A stretch of 63,698 nt of DNA, filler included, from Lama guanicoe (GCA_013239625.1; 200 parts of 200 records of this genome joined end to end with filler, not necessarily neighbours in it); one strand, 5' to 3'; shown: positions 51,039 through 63,698, counted from the first letter of the whole stretch. The notes: generated by a model from the letters alone, not told the origin. Numbers and translations: made by a program.

Positions 51039-51257
51039 TGGGCCTGCACACTCCTGGGCCTGCCTACTCCTCGGCCTGCCATCTCCTTGACCTGCACACT
51101 CCTGGGCCTTCTCGGTTCTGTGCCTGTACACTCCTGGGCCTGCAAATTCGTCAGCCTCCCCTTTCCTTAGCCTGCACACTACTGGGCCTGCACATTCCTG
51201 GCCTGCTCCCTCCTGTGCCTCCACACAATTGGGCCTGCACACTCCTGGGCCTGCACA
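51039..51257. repeat. 16-bp GC-rich minisatellite, consensus CTGGGCCTGCACACTC, about 13-14 degenerate copies
   Basis: Fills the entire contig; near-perfect units at both ends, diverged units inside. Confidence 0.9.
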
Positions 51258-53364
51258 NNNNNNNNNNNNNNNNNNNNNNNNNNNNNNNNNNNNNNNNNNN
51301 NTTAATTAATTAANNNNNNNNNNNNNNNNNNNNNNNNNNNNNNNNNNNNNNNNNNNNCAAGAAAATTTCAGGCACCAATGATTTTATAAGCAAATTTGAC
51401 AAAACAGTCAAGGAATTAGATAATTTCCATGAGACATAAACTGCTGTAGAGAATAGAAAGGTGGAACTAGTCCCCAGCCCTCGCACTTACTCACCGAGTG
51501 GCCTTGAAGAAATCCCATACCCTCTCATGGTCCCATTTTCCTCAACCACATAGAAAGGGAGCTTTCCTGTTCCCCCNNNNNNNNNNNNNNNNNNNNNNNN
51601 NNNNNNNNNNNNNNNNNNNNTTAATTAATTAANNNNNNNNNNNNNNNNNNNNNNNNNNNNNNNNNNNNNNNNNNNNAGGCAAGAAAAGAAGAAAGAAGAA
51701 AGATGGAAATATAATTATAATGAATATCTCAGAGAAGTAAGAGAAAATATCACATCCACGGAACATGCAAGAATGCTGTATAATAAACAATCAGAGAAGA
51801 AAAGAGGAGCCCTTGTGATTTAAAAATATTACCTCATTCATAAAATATTTAATAGAAAAGCCAAGAGAAAAATTAGAGAAATATTTCCAGAAATANNNNN
51901 NNNNNNNNNNNNNNNNNNNNNNNNNNNNNNNNNNNNNNNTTAATTAATTAANNNNNNNNNNNNNNNNNNNNNNNNNNNNNNNNNNNNNNNNNNNNCCCTG
52001 CCCTGCAAGCTGTGCCCCATACCCTGCTCTGAGGCCTCATGGGCGCCCTCCTGCTGGCCGTATCCCTGCGGGTCTCCTCTTTGCCCCAAATGATCCCCGC
52101 TTGTGGCGTCACCACGTCCTGGACCTCAGCGGGTACGCGAGGACCGTGGGGCAGGTACGCTGCTGCTGCCGGGCATCCCACGGGCAGGCGTCGCAGATAC
52201 CCATCCGTGATGCCNNNNNNNNNNNNNNNNNNNNNNNNNNNNNNNNNNNNNNNNNNNNTTAATTAATTAANNNNNNNNNNNNNNNNNNNNNNNNNNNNNN
52301 NNNNNNNNNNNNNNAGGGTCAGTGCTCCGCTGCCTGTGGGACTCAGCCTCATCCATCACCAGGAGCTGCTGGTGGGCCGGCTGCAGGAGCGGCACTCCCG
52401 GGGCTACGCAGTGGGCGGAGCCAGGCGCTGTGTCTGGTGACCGCACACGCAGACACGCCGACCAGCGCCCTAGTCCTTGCCCAGCTCCCCAGGTGTGGCC
52501 TTACCGCGGTGTACCTTCTGTGACCTCCGTGCCNNNNNNNNNNNNNNNNNNNNNNNNNNNNNNNNNNNNNNNNNNNNTTAATTAATTAANNNNNNNNNNN
52601 NNNNNNNNNNNNNNNNNNNNNNNNNNNNNNNNNCATCAGCTCAGGGTGACACAGTCTGACCTTAGCAAGGGGCTTTCCAGGCATAGCGTTCGCTTTCTGC
52701 TCAGACAGGGAATGCGTCACTCAGCCAGGGTGCAACTTTTTACAGATTATGAAATAAAGCTGCATGTGTCTTGTTAAAAAAAAAAACAACTCAATTTGTG
52801 ATCAAAAGTTGAGTTAAAGTTGCCTGGCAAGATCTCCAAGGCTTAGGTTTTTNNNNNNNNNNNNNNNNNNNNNNNNNNNNNNNNNNNNNNNNNNNNTTAA
52901 TTAATTAANNNNNNNNNNNNNNNNNNNNNNNNNNNNNNNNNNNNNNNNNNNNGCTTCTTCATTTTACTTATATCTCTCTGGTACTATGGATTATGGAGTA
53001 TGAGTTTATCTACTGTGGTCCTGAAGGGGTTTGTTTGTTTGTTTATTTATTTATCTAAAGTGGATGTGGAAATAAAACTACAAAAAAAAAAAGAAAGTTT
53101 AAAAAAGAAAAAAGATTTGAAAACAGTATAATTGATAGCAGAACAAAACAAAGAGAAATAAAAATCACACTNNNNNNNNNNNNNNNNNNNNNNNNNNNNN
53201 NNNNNNNNNNNNNNNTTAATTAATTAANNNNNNNNNNNNNNNNNNNNNNNNNNNNNNNNNNNNNNNNNNNNTTGATGTTTCTGCAAGAGTAATAATTTTT
53301 GTTTTGGCTTAGTAAAAGGAACCAACAAATATTTTGATTGGTTGAGTGTCTTGCTCTAGACTCA

Positions 53365-53490
53365 ATTTTTTTTCTCTTTTTTTATTGCTACAATGTGTCG
53401 ATTTCTGATGTACACCATAATGTTTCAGTGATGCATGAAATTACATATATTCATTTTCATACTCTTTTTCATTATAGGTTGCTACAAGAT
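53365..53490 (-). mobile_element. L1 3' terminus (antisense)
   Basis: T-tract then caatgtgtcgatttctgatgtacaccataatgtttcagt...ctttttcattataggttgctacaagat. Confidence 0.8.
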
Positions 53491-54547
53491 NNNNNNNNNN
53501 NNNNNNNNNNNNNNNNNNNNNNNNNNNNNNNNNNTTAATTAATTAANNNNNNNNNNNNNNNNNNNNNNNNNNNNNNNNNNNNNNNNNNNNTCATGCCCCT
53601 TTATATTTGTAGGTAACTTGGATTTTAACCTTTGAAATAGCACATGACATTAGGCATTTGAGACTACTGAGAATTAGGTCACTGGTTCTGCCATGACTGT
53701 GTTACTGAATTTTTACGTCATTGTGACTATGGCTCAAGTAGCTTAATTCCAGCTGTTCAGTGGTCATTTCTTGGCATGAAGGTGTTGCAGGCCAATAGCA
53801 CATTTAGGANNNNNNNNNNNNNNNNNNNNNNNNNNNNNNNNNNNNNNNNNNNNTTAATTAATTAANNNNNNNNNNNNNNNNNNNNNNNNNNNNNNNNNNN
53901 NNNNNNNNNATTCAAAGATAAAGCCCTGAAAATTTAAGAAGTTTAATAAGCTTGGAGATGACTCATTTACAAGTAAAAACCTGACATCTGAAAACATTAC
54001 AATGATAAAAGGAAAATTTGATTGAAATAATCTTCCAGTAGGGTGACGGCTCTGATATGTTTGGAGGGTTCTAAGTTTTGAAGCCTACCATAGGATTTAA
54101 GTACACAGCATCTTAAAATGTCAGATATNNNNNNNNNNNNNNNNNNNNNNNNNNNNNNNNNNNNNNNNNNNNTTAATTAATTAANNNNNNNNNNNNNNNN
54201 NNNNNNNNNNNNNNNNNNNNNNNNNNNNTCCTGCCGTATTTTTCATGGGGCTTCCCAACTCATCACCACCACCCTAACTTCCCTGGCCCTGCTAATCACT
54301 CCCTGTCCTCTGACCATTTCCAGTCCTCCGTTAAACTATTTCTGTTTCCCTCCATTCATGGTCCGGGCCTGCTGGGCACTTCTAGAGGAAATCTTGCAGA
54401 TTGATTCAATTACAAAGCTATGATTTCCAGTCCTAGCTGAGTCTTGGNNNNNNNNNNNNNNNNNNNNNNNNNNNNNNNNNNNNNNNNNNNNTTAATTAAT
54501 TAANNNNNNNNNNNNNNNNNNNNNNNNNNNNNNNNNNNNNNNNNNNN

Positions 54548-54766
54548 ACCCAGTAACAGATAAAACAAACACAAAGCAAAACCTGACAGAACTGCAAGAA
54601 GTCCCATCCACAGCTGCAGTTGGAGACTCCAACACCATTCTCTCAGAAATTGATAAAATGAAGAGAGCAAGTCAGCAAGGGCAGAGAAGACCTGAAGGCA
54701 GCGATCAGCCAGCCTGATGTAACTGGCATTTATAAAACTCCATCCAGCAGCGACAGAACCTCTCCC
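54548..54766 (+). mobile_element. L1 ORF2 endonuclease-domain fragment
   Basis: Translates AAVGDSNTILSEID, matching the GDFNTPLS motif. Confidence 0.8.
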
Positions 54767-56461
54767 NNNNNNNNNNNNNNNNNNNNNNNNNNNNNNNNNN
54801 NNNNNNNNNNTTAATTAATTAANNNNNNNNNNNNNNNNNNNNNNNNNNNNNNNNNNNNNNNNNNNNCAAATATCCAAGAAGGAAAGTCTTATACTGCAAC
54901 TGGTTTAGCAATTGTCAATCATGAGATCAGTAACTATCACATGGGAGAGAAAGAGATGCAAACCAAAAAATCAAAAGCAGGTCTGCTTAGTATTAAAATG
55001 AGCAAAAACCTTGAATTTAGAGAATACCAAGAGGATACCCAAATGGTCAACAAACATAAAAAGGTTCTCAACAACAGTACTTAAANNNNNNNNNNNNNNN
55101 NNNNNNNNNNNNNNNNNNNNNNNNNNNNNTTAATTAATTAANNNNNNNNNNNNNNNNNNNNNNNNNNNNNNNNNNNNNNNNNNNNAAGTGAAGGAAACAA
55201 TTATGAATGGGAAAGCAAAACAGATAGGGGCGGGTAAGGTCTCCCAGGGTAGACAGCTCTAGAAGAATGAGTAGCATTTTAACAGAGGGAGTTGGATGAG
55301 GTAGAGAAGACAGTATAGTCAAAGTCACAGAGATGAGAACCACAGGAAAGCGGTCCAGGCTCAGTAAGCAGCAGAGCTGGGTCAGTACATGAAGGTCACT
55401 TTGGNNNNNNNNNNNNNNNNNNNNNNNNNNNNNNNNNNNNNNNNNNNNTTAATTAATTAANNNNNNNNNNNNNNNNNNNNNNNNNNNNNNNNNNNNNNNN
55501 NNNNATATGCCTCCTATATGACAACTGTACAAAAATAGTGTCAAATGAAAGGCAGCATTTGGGACAAGAAGCAACCCCGTTCTCCCTGATCTTGCATCCT
55601 GTTAACAAGGAGAAGAAGTCTCTGATGCTTCACATATAAAAGAGCTCTGGGTGGCCTTAACCATTCATGCACAATCTTCCTTGGGTCTTTTGATGCCTTT
55701 AGTTCTTCAGGCTGATCATTGTCNNNNNNNNNNNNNNNNNNNNNNNNNNNNNNNNNNNNNNNNNNNNTTAATTAATTAANNNNNNNNNNNNNNNNNNNNN
55801 NNNNNNNNNNNNNNNNNNNNNNNGGGCTCCCCTCACTCCTACCTCGGCCTCCAGCCAGTGGGGAGCTAGGGGGCCAGGCCATTCCCACCTGCACAGGTGA
55901 CCCCATCTGGGGACTGGAGCTGACCCTGTCATCCTCACACCCTTCCCCCCACCCCCAGGACCAGGGAGACCCTGAGCTTCACAGGAGTCAGACCTGCAGG
56001 AGCCCCCATGGGACCTCGGGCAGGGCTGCCGGCACCCACCTCNNNNNNNNNNNNNNNNNNNNNNNNNNNNNNNNNNNNNNNNNNNNTTAATTAATTAANN
56101 NNNNNNNNNNNNNNNNNNNNNNNNNNNNNNNNNNNNNNNNNNTTTTTTGTTTCCCTAGGGTTGGAAAAAAAAAAGCAACCTTTAAGGTGGGCAGCAACAC
56201 CCCCTTGGCTGAAGAGGAGGGAGGGAGCATATGTATTATCCCCTGACCAACTTGCTTTTGTGGATTCAGAAAGGTGTCAACTAAAAAGTTTTCTCTTGTA
56301 GCCTATCCAACCATCAGCAAACTCCCTTCAGTGCACGAGTGTAACCCCCTACAGTATACCTNNNNNNNNNNNNNNNNNNNNNNNNNNNNNNNNNNNNNNN
56401 NNNNNTTAATTAATTAANNNNNNNNNNNNNNNNNNNNNNNNNNNNNNNNNNNNNNNNNNNN

Positions 56462-56680
56462 ACTGCTGGTACCAAGGCTCTGGTTACTCGGAGAGTCCAG
56501 GTGGAGAGAATTCTGCCGTGGGTCCATTCAAGGTGTCCAAAACTGTTGACTGAAATACATGTGCTGCCTAAATTTAAGAGTTATGTTTTATTTGGTGGGA
56601 GGTCTCAAGCCGGGATGACAGCCTGTCAGAACTCTCTGAGGGACTACTCCAAAGAGGTTGCGGAGGAGCTAGGATATATA
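56462..56680 (-). mobile_element. ERV1 (MER41-like) 5' LTR end, putative primer-binding site and leader
   Basis: Minus strand: LTR ends ...ttcagtcaACA (56544), then gttt, then TGGACACCTTGAATGGAC (56539-56522), 13/18 identical to the ERV9-type PBS TGGCGACCACGAAGGGAC. Confidence 0.6.
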
Positions 56681-57737
56681 NNNNNNNNNNNNNNNNNNNN
56701 NNNNNNNNNNNNNNNNNNNNNNNNTTAATTAATTAANNNNNNNNNNNNNNNNNNNNNNNNNNNNNNNNNNNNNNNNNNNNGCAGCCATCTGATTAGAAAA
56801 GGCGAGCAGATTTCTTAAATTGAGAAAATATCAGTGTCCTAGACAAAAAGATGTTGAGATGATGAGGAACTGATGGAATTGGGAGAGAGCTAAACCCGTC
56901 CCCAGATTAGTTCGTTAACCCAATGAATCAGCAAACTGCAATTCGCTTGCTTATAGATTTATTCTTCTACTTTCCAGAATTTTTTAGATTTTAATACCTN
57001 NNNNNNNNNNNNNNNNNNNNNNNNNNNNNNNNNNNNNNNNNNNTTAATTAATTAANNNNNNNNNNNNNNNNNNNNNNNNNNNNNNNNNNNNNNNNNNNNC
57101 TTTGTGTAGAACAGAAATTTAAAATGAGAACTGCAAGAGGTCATATCTGAAAGTCTTCCTTCACTGGTGGAATAAAAATTAGTATATTTCAAAGGTTGCA
57201 AAAGGATCAAAGAAAGCGAATTTTACTTAATTTCCAGAATTAAAAAGATATAATTGGTCCTACTTTGGGAATTGGAGCATTGATAATTATTTAATATGAC
57301 TGGTGGTAAATCTATAGTNNNNNNNNNNNNNNNNNNNNNNNNNNNNNNNNNNNNNNNNNNNNTTAATTAATTAANNNNNNNNNNNNNNNNNNNNNNNNNN
57401 NNNNNNNNNNNNNNNNNNAGCCCTGTATTGTATACACAGGGAAGATGTGACTTGGGATTTAAAAATTCAGTTATATCTCTATCCATGGAAATGTTCTACA
57501 GATTCTCATGGTTATAGTATCAGAGTGATTTGTTCTAATTTAAACTAATTCAGTATTGGCTAGGACTGTTCAGATTTCACTCCAGGTGTCTATTGTTTTA
57601 AGTTTGGAGGTGGATCCTAAGCTTATATTCACTGTCANNNNNNNNNNNNNNNNNNNNNNNNNNNNNNNNNNNNNNNNNNNNTTAATTAATTAANNNNNNN
57701 NNNNNNNNNNNNNNNNNNNNNNNNNNNNNNNNNNNNN

Positions 57738-57956
57738 GGATATGTTTTAAAGGCAGTGTTAAACCAGATCTATTGACAGAATTCACATGGTATGTCAGAG
57801 AAAGTCAGAATAACTCCAAGTTTTATGACCCAAGCAGCTGGGAGAATTAAGTTTCCACTAGCTGAATGGGGGAGGCTGCACGAAGAACCAGTTTGGGGGA
57901 TAGAAGGACCAAGAGCTCAGTTTTTACACATGTTGCTTTTAAGATATCAGAGTTTC
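57738..57956. mobile_element. L2 LINE fragment
   Basis: gagaaagtcagaataactccaagttttatgacccaagcagctgggagaattaag...gagctcagtttttacacatgtt. Confidence 0.75.
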
Positions 57957-58375
57957 NNNNNNNNNNNNNNNNNNNNNNNNNNNNNNNNNNNNNNNNNNNN
58001 TTAATTAATTAANNNNNNNNNNNNNNNNNNNNNNNNNNNNNNNNNNNNNNNNNNNNTCTCCAAAGTTGGGAAAAGTAACCAACCTACCAGGTACATAAAA
58101 ATAAATACAACAACTTAGGCAAAAACCACATAGTGGAAACAGCAACATTTTCAAACCAAGGTGTTATAGGATAAGTGCATAGTGTTTCAGATTCCTCAAT
58201 ATTTCTTCCTTTCCAGGAGATTGCATTGTGGTAATGGGAAGGGGAGTGGAGGCAGTATGGAGCAGGGAAGAGCTGNNNNNNNNNNNNNNNNNNNNNNNNN
58301 NNNNNNNNNNNNNNNNNNNTTAATTAATTAANNNNNNNNNNNNNNNNNNNNNNNNNNNNNNNNNNNNNNNNNNNN

Positions 58376-58490
58376 GGTGCTACGAATTCAGTGGGCAGAC
58401 TCCAGCGATGCTGCTAAACAACTCGCAATGCATGAAAGAAACCACTCCCTCCATCCAAGAAAGAACTATCTGGACCAAACTGCTCAGACA
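58376..58490. mobile_element. MER20-like hAT MITE fragment
   Basis: gtgggcagactccagcgatgctgctaaacaactcgcaatgcat...aaagaactatctggaccaaa. Confidence 0.7.
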
Positions 58491-59970
58491 CCCAAACTGT
58501 GTGGATTTTACTCTCACCGGGATCTCCCCACAAGTTGATGGTGAAGTCATCCAGGATCCTGGAGAGGACTCAAAATCTGCCACACTGTATGCGTNNNNNN
58601 NNNNNNNNNNNNNNNNNNNNNNNNNNNNNNNNNNNNNNTTAATTAATTAANNNNNNNNNNNNNNNNNNNNNNNNNNNNNNNNNNNNNNNNNNNNAAATGC
58701 AATGGAAAGTGTGAATACTGTTACAAAACTGAGGCTTTTCTAAGTGGGAAGAAGGTAAGAAATGAAAAGGAATCTAATTCTGAAACAACTGTTTTTAAAT
58801 ACTACACATCCATGAAATATTGAATGCATGAGGGAAAAAAAAACACTATGAACACAAAGGAAACAGAGCTACGGATCAGAGACAGGGACAAAATCCTGTA
58901 AATGAATTAGGGANNNNNNNNNNNNNNNNNNNNNNNNNNNNNNNNNNNNNNNNNNNNTTAATTAATTAANNNNNNNNNNNNNNNNNNNNNNNNNNNNNNN
59001 NNNNNNNNNNNNNAAGAGCACTTCTTTTCAAATAAATATGGCAAAGTCATGGAAAGGCTCCCTTTGGCCAGATGTGGGTCTCTGTCTTGGCTCTGTGGCC
59101 AGGGGGGCTGGAGGGATTTGGTGAGCAAGTCTAGCTCATGTGTTCAGATCCAGAGAAACCCCAGATAAATGTAGTAAAAACATGCTGTTACCTGAAAGAA
59201 AAATCTGGGGGCTGTTTTCAGAAGGGGAAACANNNNNNNNNNNNNNNNNNNNNNNNNNNNNNNNNNNNNNNNNNNNTTAATTAATTAANNNNNNNNNNNN
59301 NNNNNNNNNNNNNNNNNNNNNNNNNNNNNNNNTCCCTAAAGAATTCACAGATTATGGATAGCAGAGCAGAGCAGAGACTTATGTAATTTTAGAGTTTGTT
59401 GCATGTATTTTTTCTAGCGAATGTGATGTAGTGAAGATGAAAGAAAGGAAAAGATGGGGAAAGGAAAGTTTAAAAAATGAAACAGGCTATAAGCTACTAA
59501 AGTAAGAATATAAACTGAACTTTATCAAAATACAAAACTTCCGTGTGTCAANNNNNNNNNNNNNNNNNNNNNNNNNNNNNNNNNNNNNNNNNNNNTTAAT
59601 TAATTAANNNNNNNNNNNNNNNNNNNNNNNNNNNNNNNNNNNNNNNNNNNNTGTCTGGTGTGGAGTCTATGGTGTTTGGAATCCGCCACATCACCTACAT
59701 TTGTGATGCTCAGTAAATGTTTTAAATGTAATAATGAGAGCCTACACTGTGGCTCTCTTCCTACAAGCCACAAAATAGGAACAATCCAAATGTCCATCAG
59801 CTGGTGAATGAAGCAACATAGTATAGTATATTAACTAATGAATTACTATTCAACAAAACAGGAGCTAAATNNNNNNNNNNNNNNNNNNNNNNNNNNNNNN
59901 NNNNNNNNNNNNNNTTAATTAATTAANNNNNNNNNNNNNNNNNNNNNNNNNNNNNNNNNNNNNNNNNNNN

Positions 59971-60827
59971 AAGGGAAGTAGAGATATAAACAGATAAGCA
60001 ATTATTCATCATGCTACACTGTGTGAGTATAAACAAGTATTTGGAGAATCTATAAGATGGGGGTATTTGTGTCATCTGGAGGACTGGGGAACAGTAGAGT
60101 CAAGGGGACATTTCCCAGTTTATTTGTTCCTTGCTTTTAGTATGTAGTCTTAAAGGAAAAAATAGTGATAATGGGGGATACTAAAGATGNNNNNNNNNNN
60201 NNNNNNNNNNNNNNNNNNNNNNNNNNNNNNNNNTTAATTAATTAANNNNNNNNNNNNNNNNNNNNNNNNNNNNNNNNNNNNNNNNNNNNGGAGTAAATGA
60301 TTAATAGAGAAGAAATTTAATTATCGTGATCACCAGGCAGAGGGAATTGAGCCAGAAAACAAGTGAGCTGCGCAGAGCATCTGGAGGGATCCAGTACTGT
60401 TGAGATAAGATTGATGAAGTCAGTTATTCCAAACACTTGCAGACTTTGTGTGACTCTCTGAAGACTCAGACTGAAACAAAGCTGCGTGCTGACTAAGAGC
60501 CTGGGTCCNNNNNNNNNNNNNNNNNNNNNNNNNNNNNNNNNNNNNNNNNNNNTTAATTAATTAANNNNNNNNNNNNNNNNNNNNNNNNNNNNNNNNNNNN
60601 NNNNNNNNAAGGGAAGTAGAGATATAAACAGATAAGCAATTATTCATCATGCTACACCGTGTGAGTATAAACAAGTATTCGGAGAATCTATAAGATGGGG
60701 GTATTTGCGTCATCTGGAGGGCTGGGGAACAGTAGAGTCAAGGGGACATTTCTCAGTTTATTTGTTCCTTGCTTTTAATATGTAGTCTTAAAGGAAAAAA
60801 TAGTGATAATGGGGGATACTAAAGATG
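59971..60827. repeat. Bubble pair E: contigs 59971-60189 and 60609-60827
   Basis: 6 transitions between offsets 50 and 170; 49-bp identical ends. Confidence 0.95.
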
Positions 60828-60927
60828 NNNNNNNNNNNNNNNNNNNNNNNNNNNNNNNNNNNNNNNNNNNNTTAATTAATTAANNNNNNNNNNNNNNNNN
60901 NNNNNNNNNNNNNNNNNNNNNNNNNNN

Positions 60928-61146
60928 TCCTGAGTAATTTGATAGGGATCACATTACATCTGTAGATTGCTTTGGGTTGTTTTGCCATTTTAAACAATAC
61001 TAATTCTTCCAACCCAAGAACATGGGATATCTTTCCACTTCTTTACGTCATATTTAATTTTCTTAGTCAATGTTTTGTAGTTCTCTGTGTGTAAGTCTTT
61101 ACTTCCTTGGTCAGATTTATTCCTAAGTATTTTATTGTTTTGGATG
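60928..61146 (-). mobile_element. L1 ORF2 fragment (antisense)
   Basis: tctgtagattgctttggg...ccattttaaacaatactaattcttccaacccaagaacatgggatatctttcc...tttattcctaagtatttt. Confidence 0.9.
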
Positions 61147-61884
61147 NNNNNNNNNNNNNNNNNNNNNNNNNNNNNNNNNNNNNNNNNNNNTTAATTAATT
61201 AANNNNNNNNNNNNNNNNNNNNNNNNNNNNNNNNNNNNNNNNNNNNTTTCACAAGTTGTTTGAGGAGCAAAACGACTCGTCTCCTGGGGACTGTCACACA
61301 CAAAGGCTAGTCATCTCACGTGCTGACCCCCGCCCGCTTAGCAGCAGCCCTCAACAAAATCATTGTGGCGACCCAGGACGTCCCCACAAGTTTCCCTTGC
61401 CTCTCAGAATGCAGCGAGGGGGCAACTCTGAGTGCACTGATTGTGATGTAAATTGGTGCAATTCANNNNNNNNNNNNNNNNNNNNNNNNNNNNNNNNNNN
61501 NNNNNNNNNTTAATTAATTAANNNNNNNNNNNNNNNNNNNNNNNNNNNNNNNNNNNNNNNNNNNNTTTTTTTTTTTCTTGGTCAGTGCAGCTAAAAAGCT
61601 GTTAATTTTGTGGCTCTTTTCAAAGAATCAATTTTTGGTTTTGTTGATTTTCTGTTTTTCATATTTCATTTTTTGGTTCTCTAATCTTTACTCTTTCCTT
61701 TTCTGCTTTCTTTGGATTTAGTTAGAATAATTTCTTAGGGTTGAAGATAGGTTATTGATTTGAGATCTTTCTTTTTTATTGTGGNNNNNNNNNNNNNNNN
61801 NNNNNNNNNNNNNNNNNNNNNNNNNNNNTTAATTAATTAANNNNNNNNNNNNNNNNNNNNNNNNNNNNNNNNNNNNNNNNNNNN

Positions 61885-62103
61885 TAGGCAAAACATTCTC
61901 TGACATAAATCTTGGCAATGTTCTCCTAGAGCAATCTACCCAGGCAATAGAAATAAAAGCAAGAATAAACACATAGGACCTAATTAAACTTACAAACTTC
62001 TGCACAGCAAGGGAAATCATAAGTAAAACAAACCTATGGAATGGGAGAAAATACTTGCAAAAGGTGAGACTGACAAGGGCTTAATTTCCAGAATATATAA
62101 ACA
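61885..62103 (+). mobile_element. L1 ORF2 fragment
   Basis: taggcaaaacattctctgacataaatc...gacctaattaaacttacaaacttctgcacagcaagggaaa...atgggagaaaatacttgcaaa. Confidence 0.92.
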
Positions 62104-62522
62104 NNNNNNNNNNNNNNNNNNNNNNNNNNNNNNNNNNNNNNNNNNNNTTAATTAATTAANNNNNNNNNNNNNNNNNNNNNNNNNNNNNNNNNNNNNNNNN
62201 NNNATCAAGGGAGAAACAAAAGTACAAACAAGCAACATGAAAACAATCAGTCAACCATAACATTCTTCTCTGATTTTGTTTTATGTTTACAAATTGTAAG
62301 AATTAAAAAAAGAAATCTAAGACATATGATACATTTTAAGGCCTAAAAGTGTAATTTTCTTGAAAATAGCGTTTAATGTATTAGAATTAGAAATTTATAT
62401 AAGATACACTCCGATAAGTTCTNNNNNNNNNNNNNNNNNNNNNNNNNNNNNNNNNNNNNNNNNNNNTTAATTAATTAANNNNNNNNNNNNNNNNNNNNNN
62501 NNNNNNNNNNNNNNNNNNNNNN

Positions 62523-62741
62523 CACAAATGAAAAGGAAATGTTACTACTGATCTTCAGACATTGAAAAGAACCTATTATGAATTAATTTGTGCTGAGAAT
62601 TTGAAAAGTTAAACAAAATGGGTAAATTCCTAGAAAAATATAATTTATTCAACTGATATAAGACATGGAAAACCTGCATTGATGTTTAACCGCTAAAGAA
62701 AATGAATAGTCAAAAATCTTCCCATATGGAACACTCTAGGC
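62523..62741 (+). mobile_element. Old L1M ORF2 fragment
   Basis: aatgaaaaggaaatgttactactgatc...aatgggtaaattcctagaaaaatataatttattcaactga. Confidence 0.75.
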
Positions 62742-63698
62742 NNNNNNNNNNNNNNNNNNNNNNNNNNNNNNNNNNNNNNNNNNNNTTAATTAATTAANNN
62801 NNNNNNNNNNNNNNNNNNNNNNNNNNNNNNNNNNNNNNNNNGGGCCAAAGGAGACGTAGGAGGTTTGAATAAAGAGAGCGTGCTGTGGCAAGATTATTTC
62901 AGAGAGTGAGAAACACACATGAAGAAAGTGCAGTAGGATTGCTGAATGTTACTGAGCTCATTTGAAATGAATGGTTTTGAATTTAAAGCACCAGTGTTGT
63001 GTTTTCCTGTGGCCCCCCTGTTCAGTAATTTGTGTACAGGTGCTGAGTAGGTGTTCAGCTNNNNNNNNNNNNNNNNNNNNNNNNNNNNNNNNNNNNNNNN
63101 NNNNTTAATTAATTAANNNNNNNNNNNNNNNNNNNNNNNNNNNNNNNNNNNNNNNNNNNNAGCCAGGCTCTCCTTGGCTTCAGAGAGGCCAGCACCTAGT
63201 TCCCTGGCCTGAGGAAGAGTGGGGACACAGCTATTTGGTCCAGGCTGACTCCTCGCCCCCTGCCTTCCTCTGGCTCCTTCTCTGCTCGCGTAGTTGCGGG
63301 GAGGCTGTTTGACAAGTTTGTCCCTTGTTTACAAGCGCTATTGTTTCTTGCTCTGTTTGGAGCATGGGGCGATGGGTGGNNNNNNNNNNNNNNNNNNNNN
63401 NNNNNNNNNNNNNNNNNNNNNNNTTAATTAATTAANNNNNNNNNNNNNNNNNNNNNNNNNNNNNNNNNNNNNNNNNNNNTTCCCTTCCCCTGAAGATGTT
63501 TCTGTTTGGTTTTTCTTTACTTTCCTTTCTATGTTTCACATCGTTTATGGCATCTTTTATTTTGCTGCTTTAAGTTTTCTTTAATAAAATATAGAATTCT
63601 TCCCCTTTTAAACTCTGCAATTCAGGAACGTTAAGTGTATTCCTAAAGCTGTGCGACCATCACTACCATCTAGTTTCACACTATTTCTTTCTTCAAAG

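Noticed and set aside
50991..51242. Repetitive QECAGP peptide ORF
   Set aside because: A by-product of the 16-bp minisatellite; the unit length is not a multiple of 3.
51996..52533. Long open frames in two GC-rich contigs
   Set aside because: Open frames are expected at this GC content, and no motif or convincing splice structure was recognised.
55632..55645. TATA box-like CATATAAAAG
   Set aside because: An isolated short motif with no identifiable gene; expected by chance in about 44 kb of sequence.

Overview
This window is not contiguous genomic DNA. It is an artificial concatenation of 200 unrelated short mammalian contigs (198 x 219 bp, 2 x 218 bp) joined by 199 identical 100-bp spacers (N44-TTAATTAATTAA-N44, a six-frame stop linker), giving a 319-bp period. 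The source is most likely a camelid: there is a Vic-1-type tRNA-derived SINE, plus L1 and ERV1/MER41-like LTR pieces of cetartiodactyl type. Five pairs of near-identical contigs share exactly 49 bp at both ends, which points to unresolved de Bruijn bubbles (k about 49-50). Most contigs are intergenic/intronic DNA or old repeats (L1, L2, MIR, MaLR, hAT MITEs). Recognisable gene pieces are a complete ANKRD26/POTE-family ankyrin exon with a nonsense codon, a frameshifted OR4C-type olfactory receptor, an open OR2A-type fragment, a FAM178B-like coding stretch and one unidentified likely exon. Adjacent contigs are not genomic neighbours, so no multi-gene system can be inferred, and I found no support for a novel biological system. 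Family and gene names come from recalled consensus or protein sequences, not database searches.
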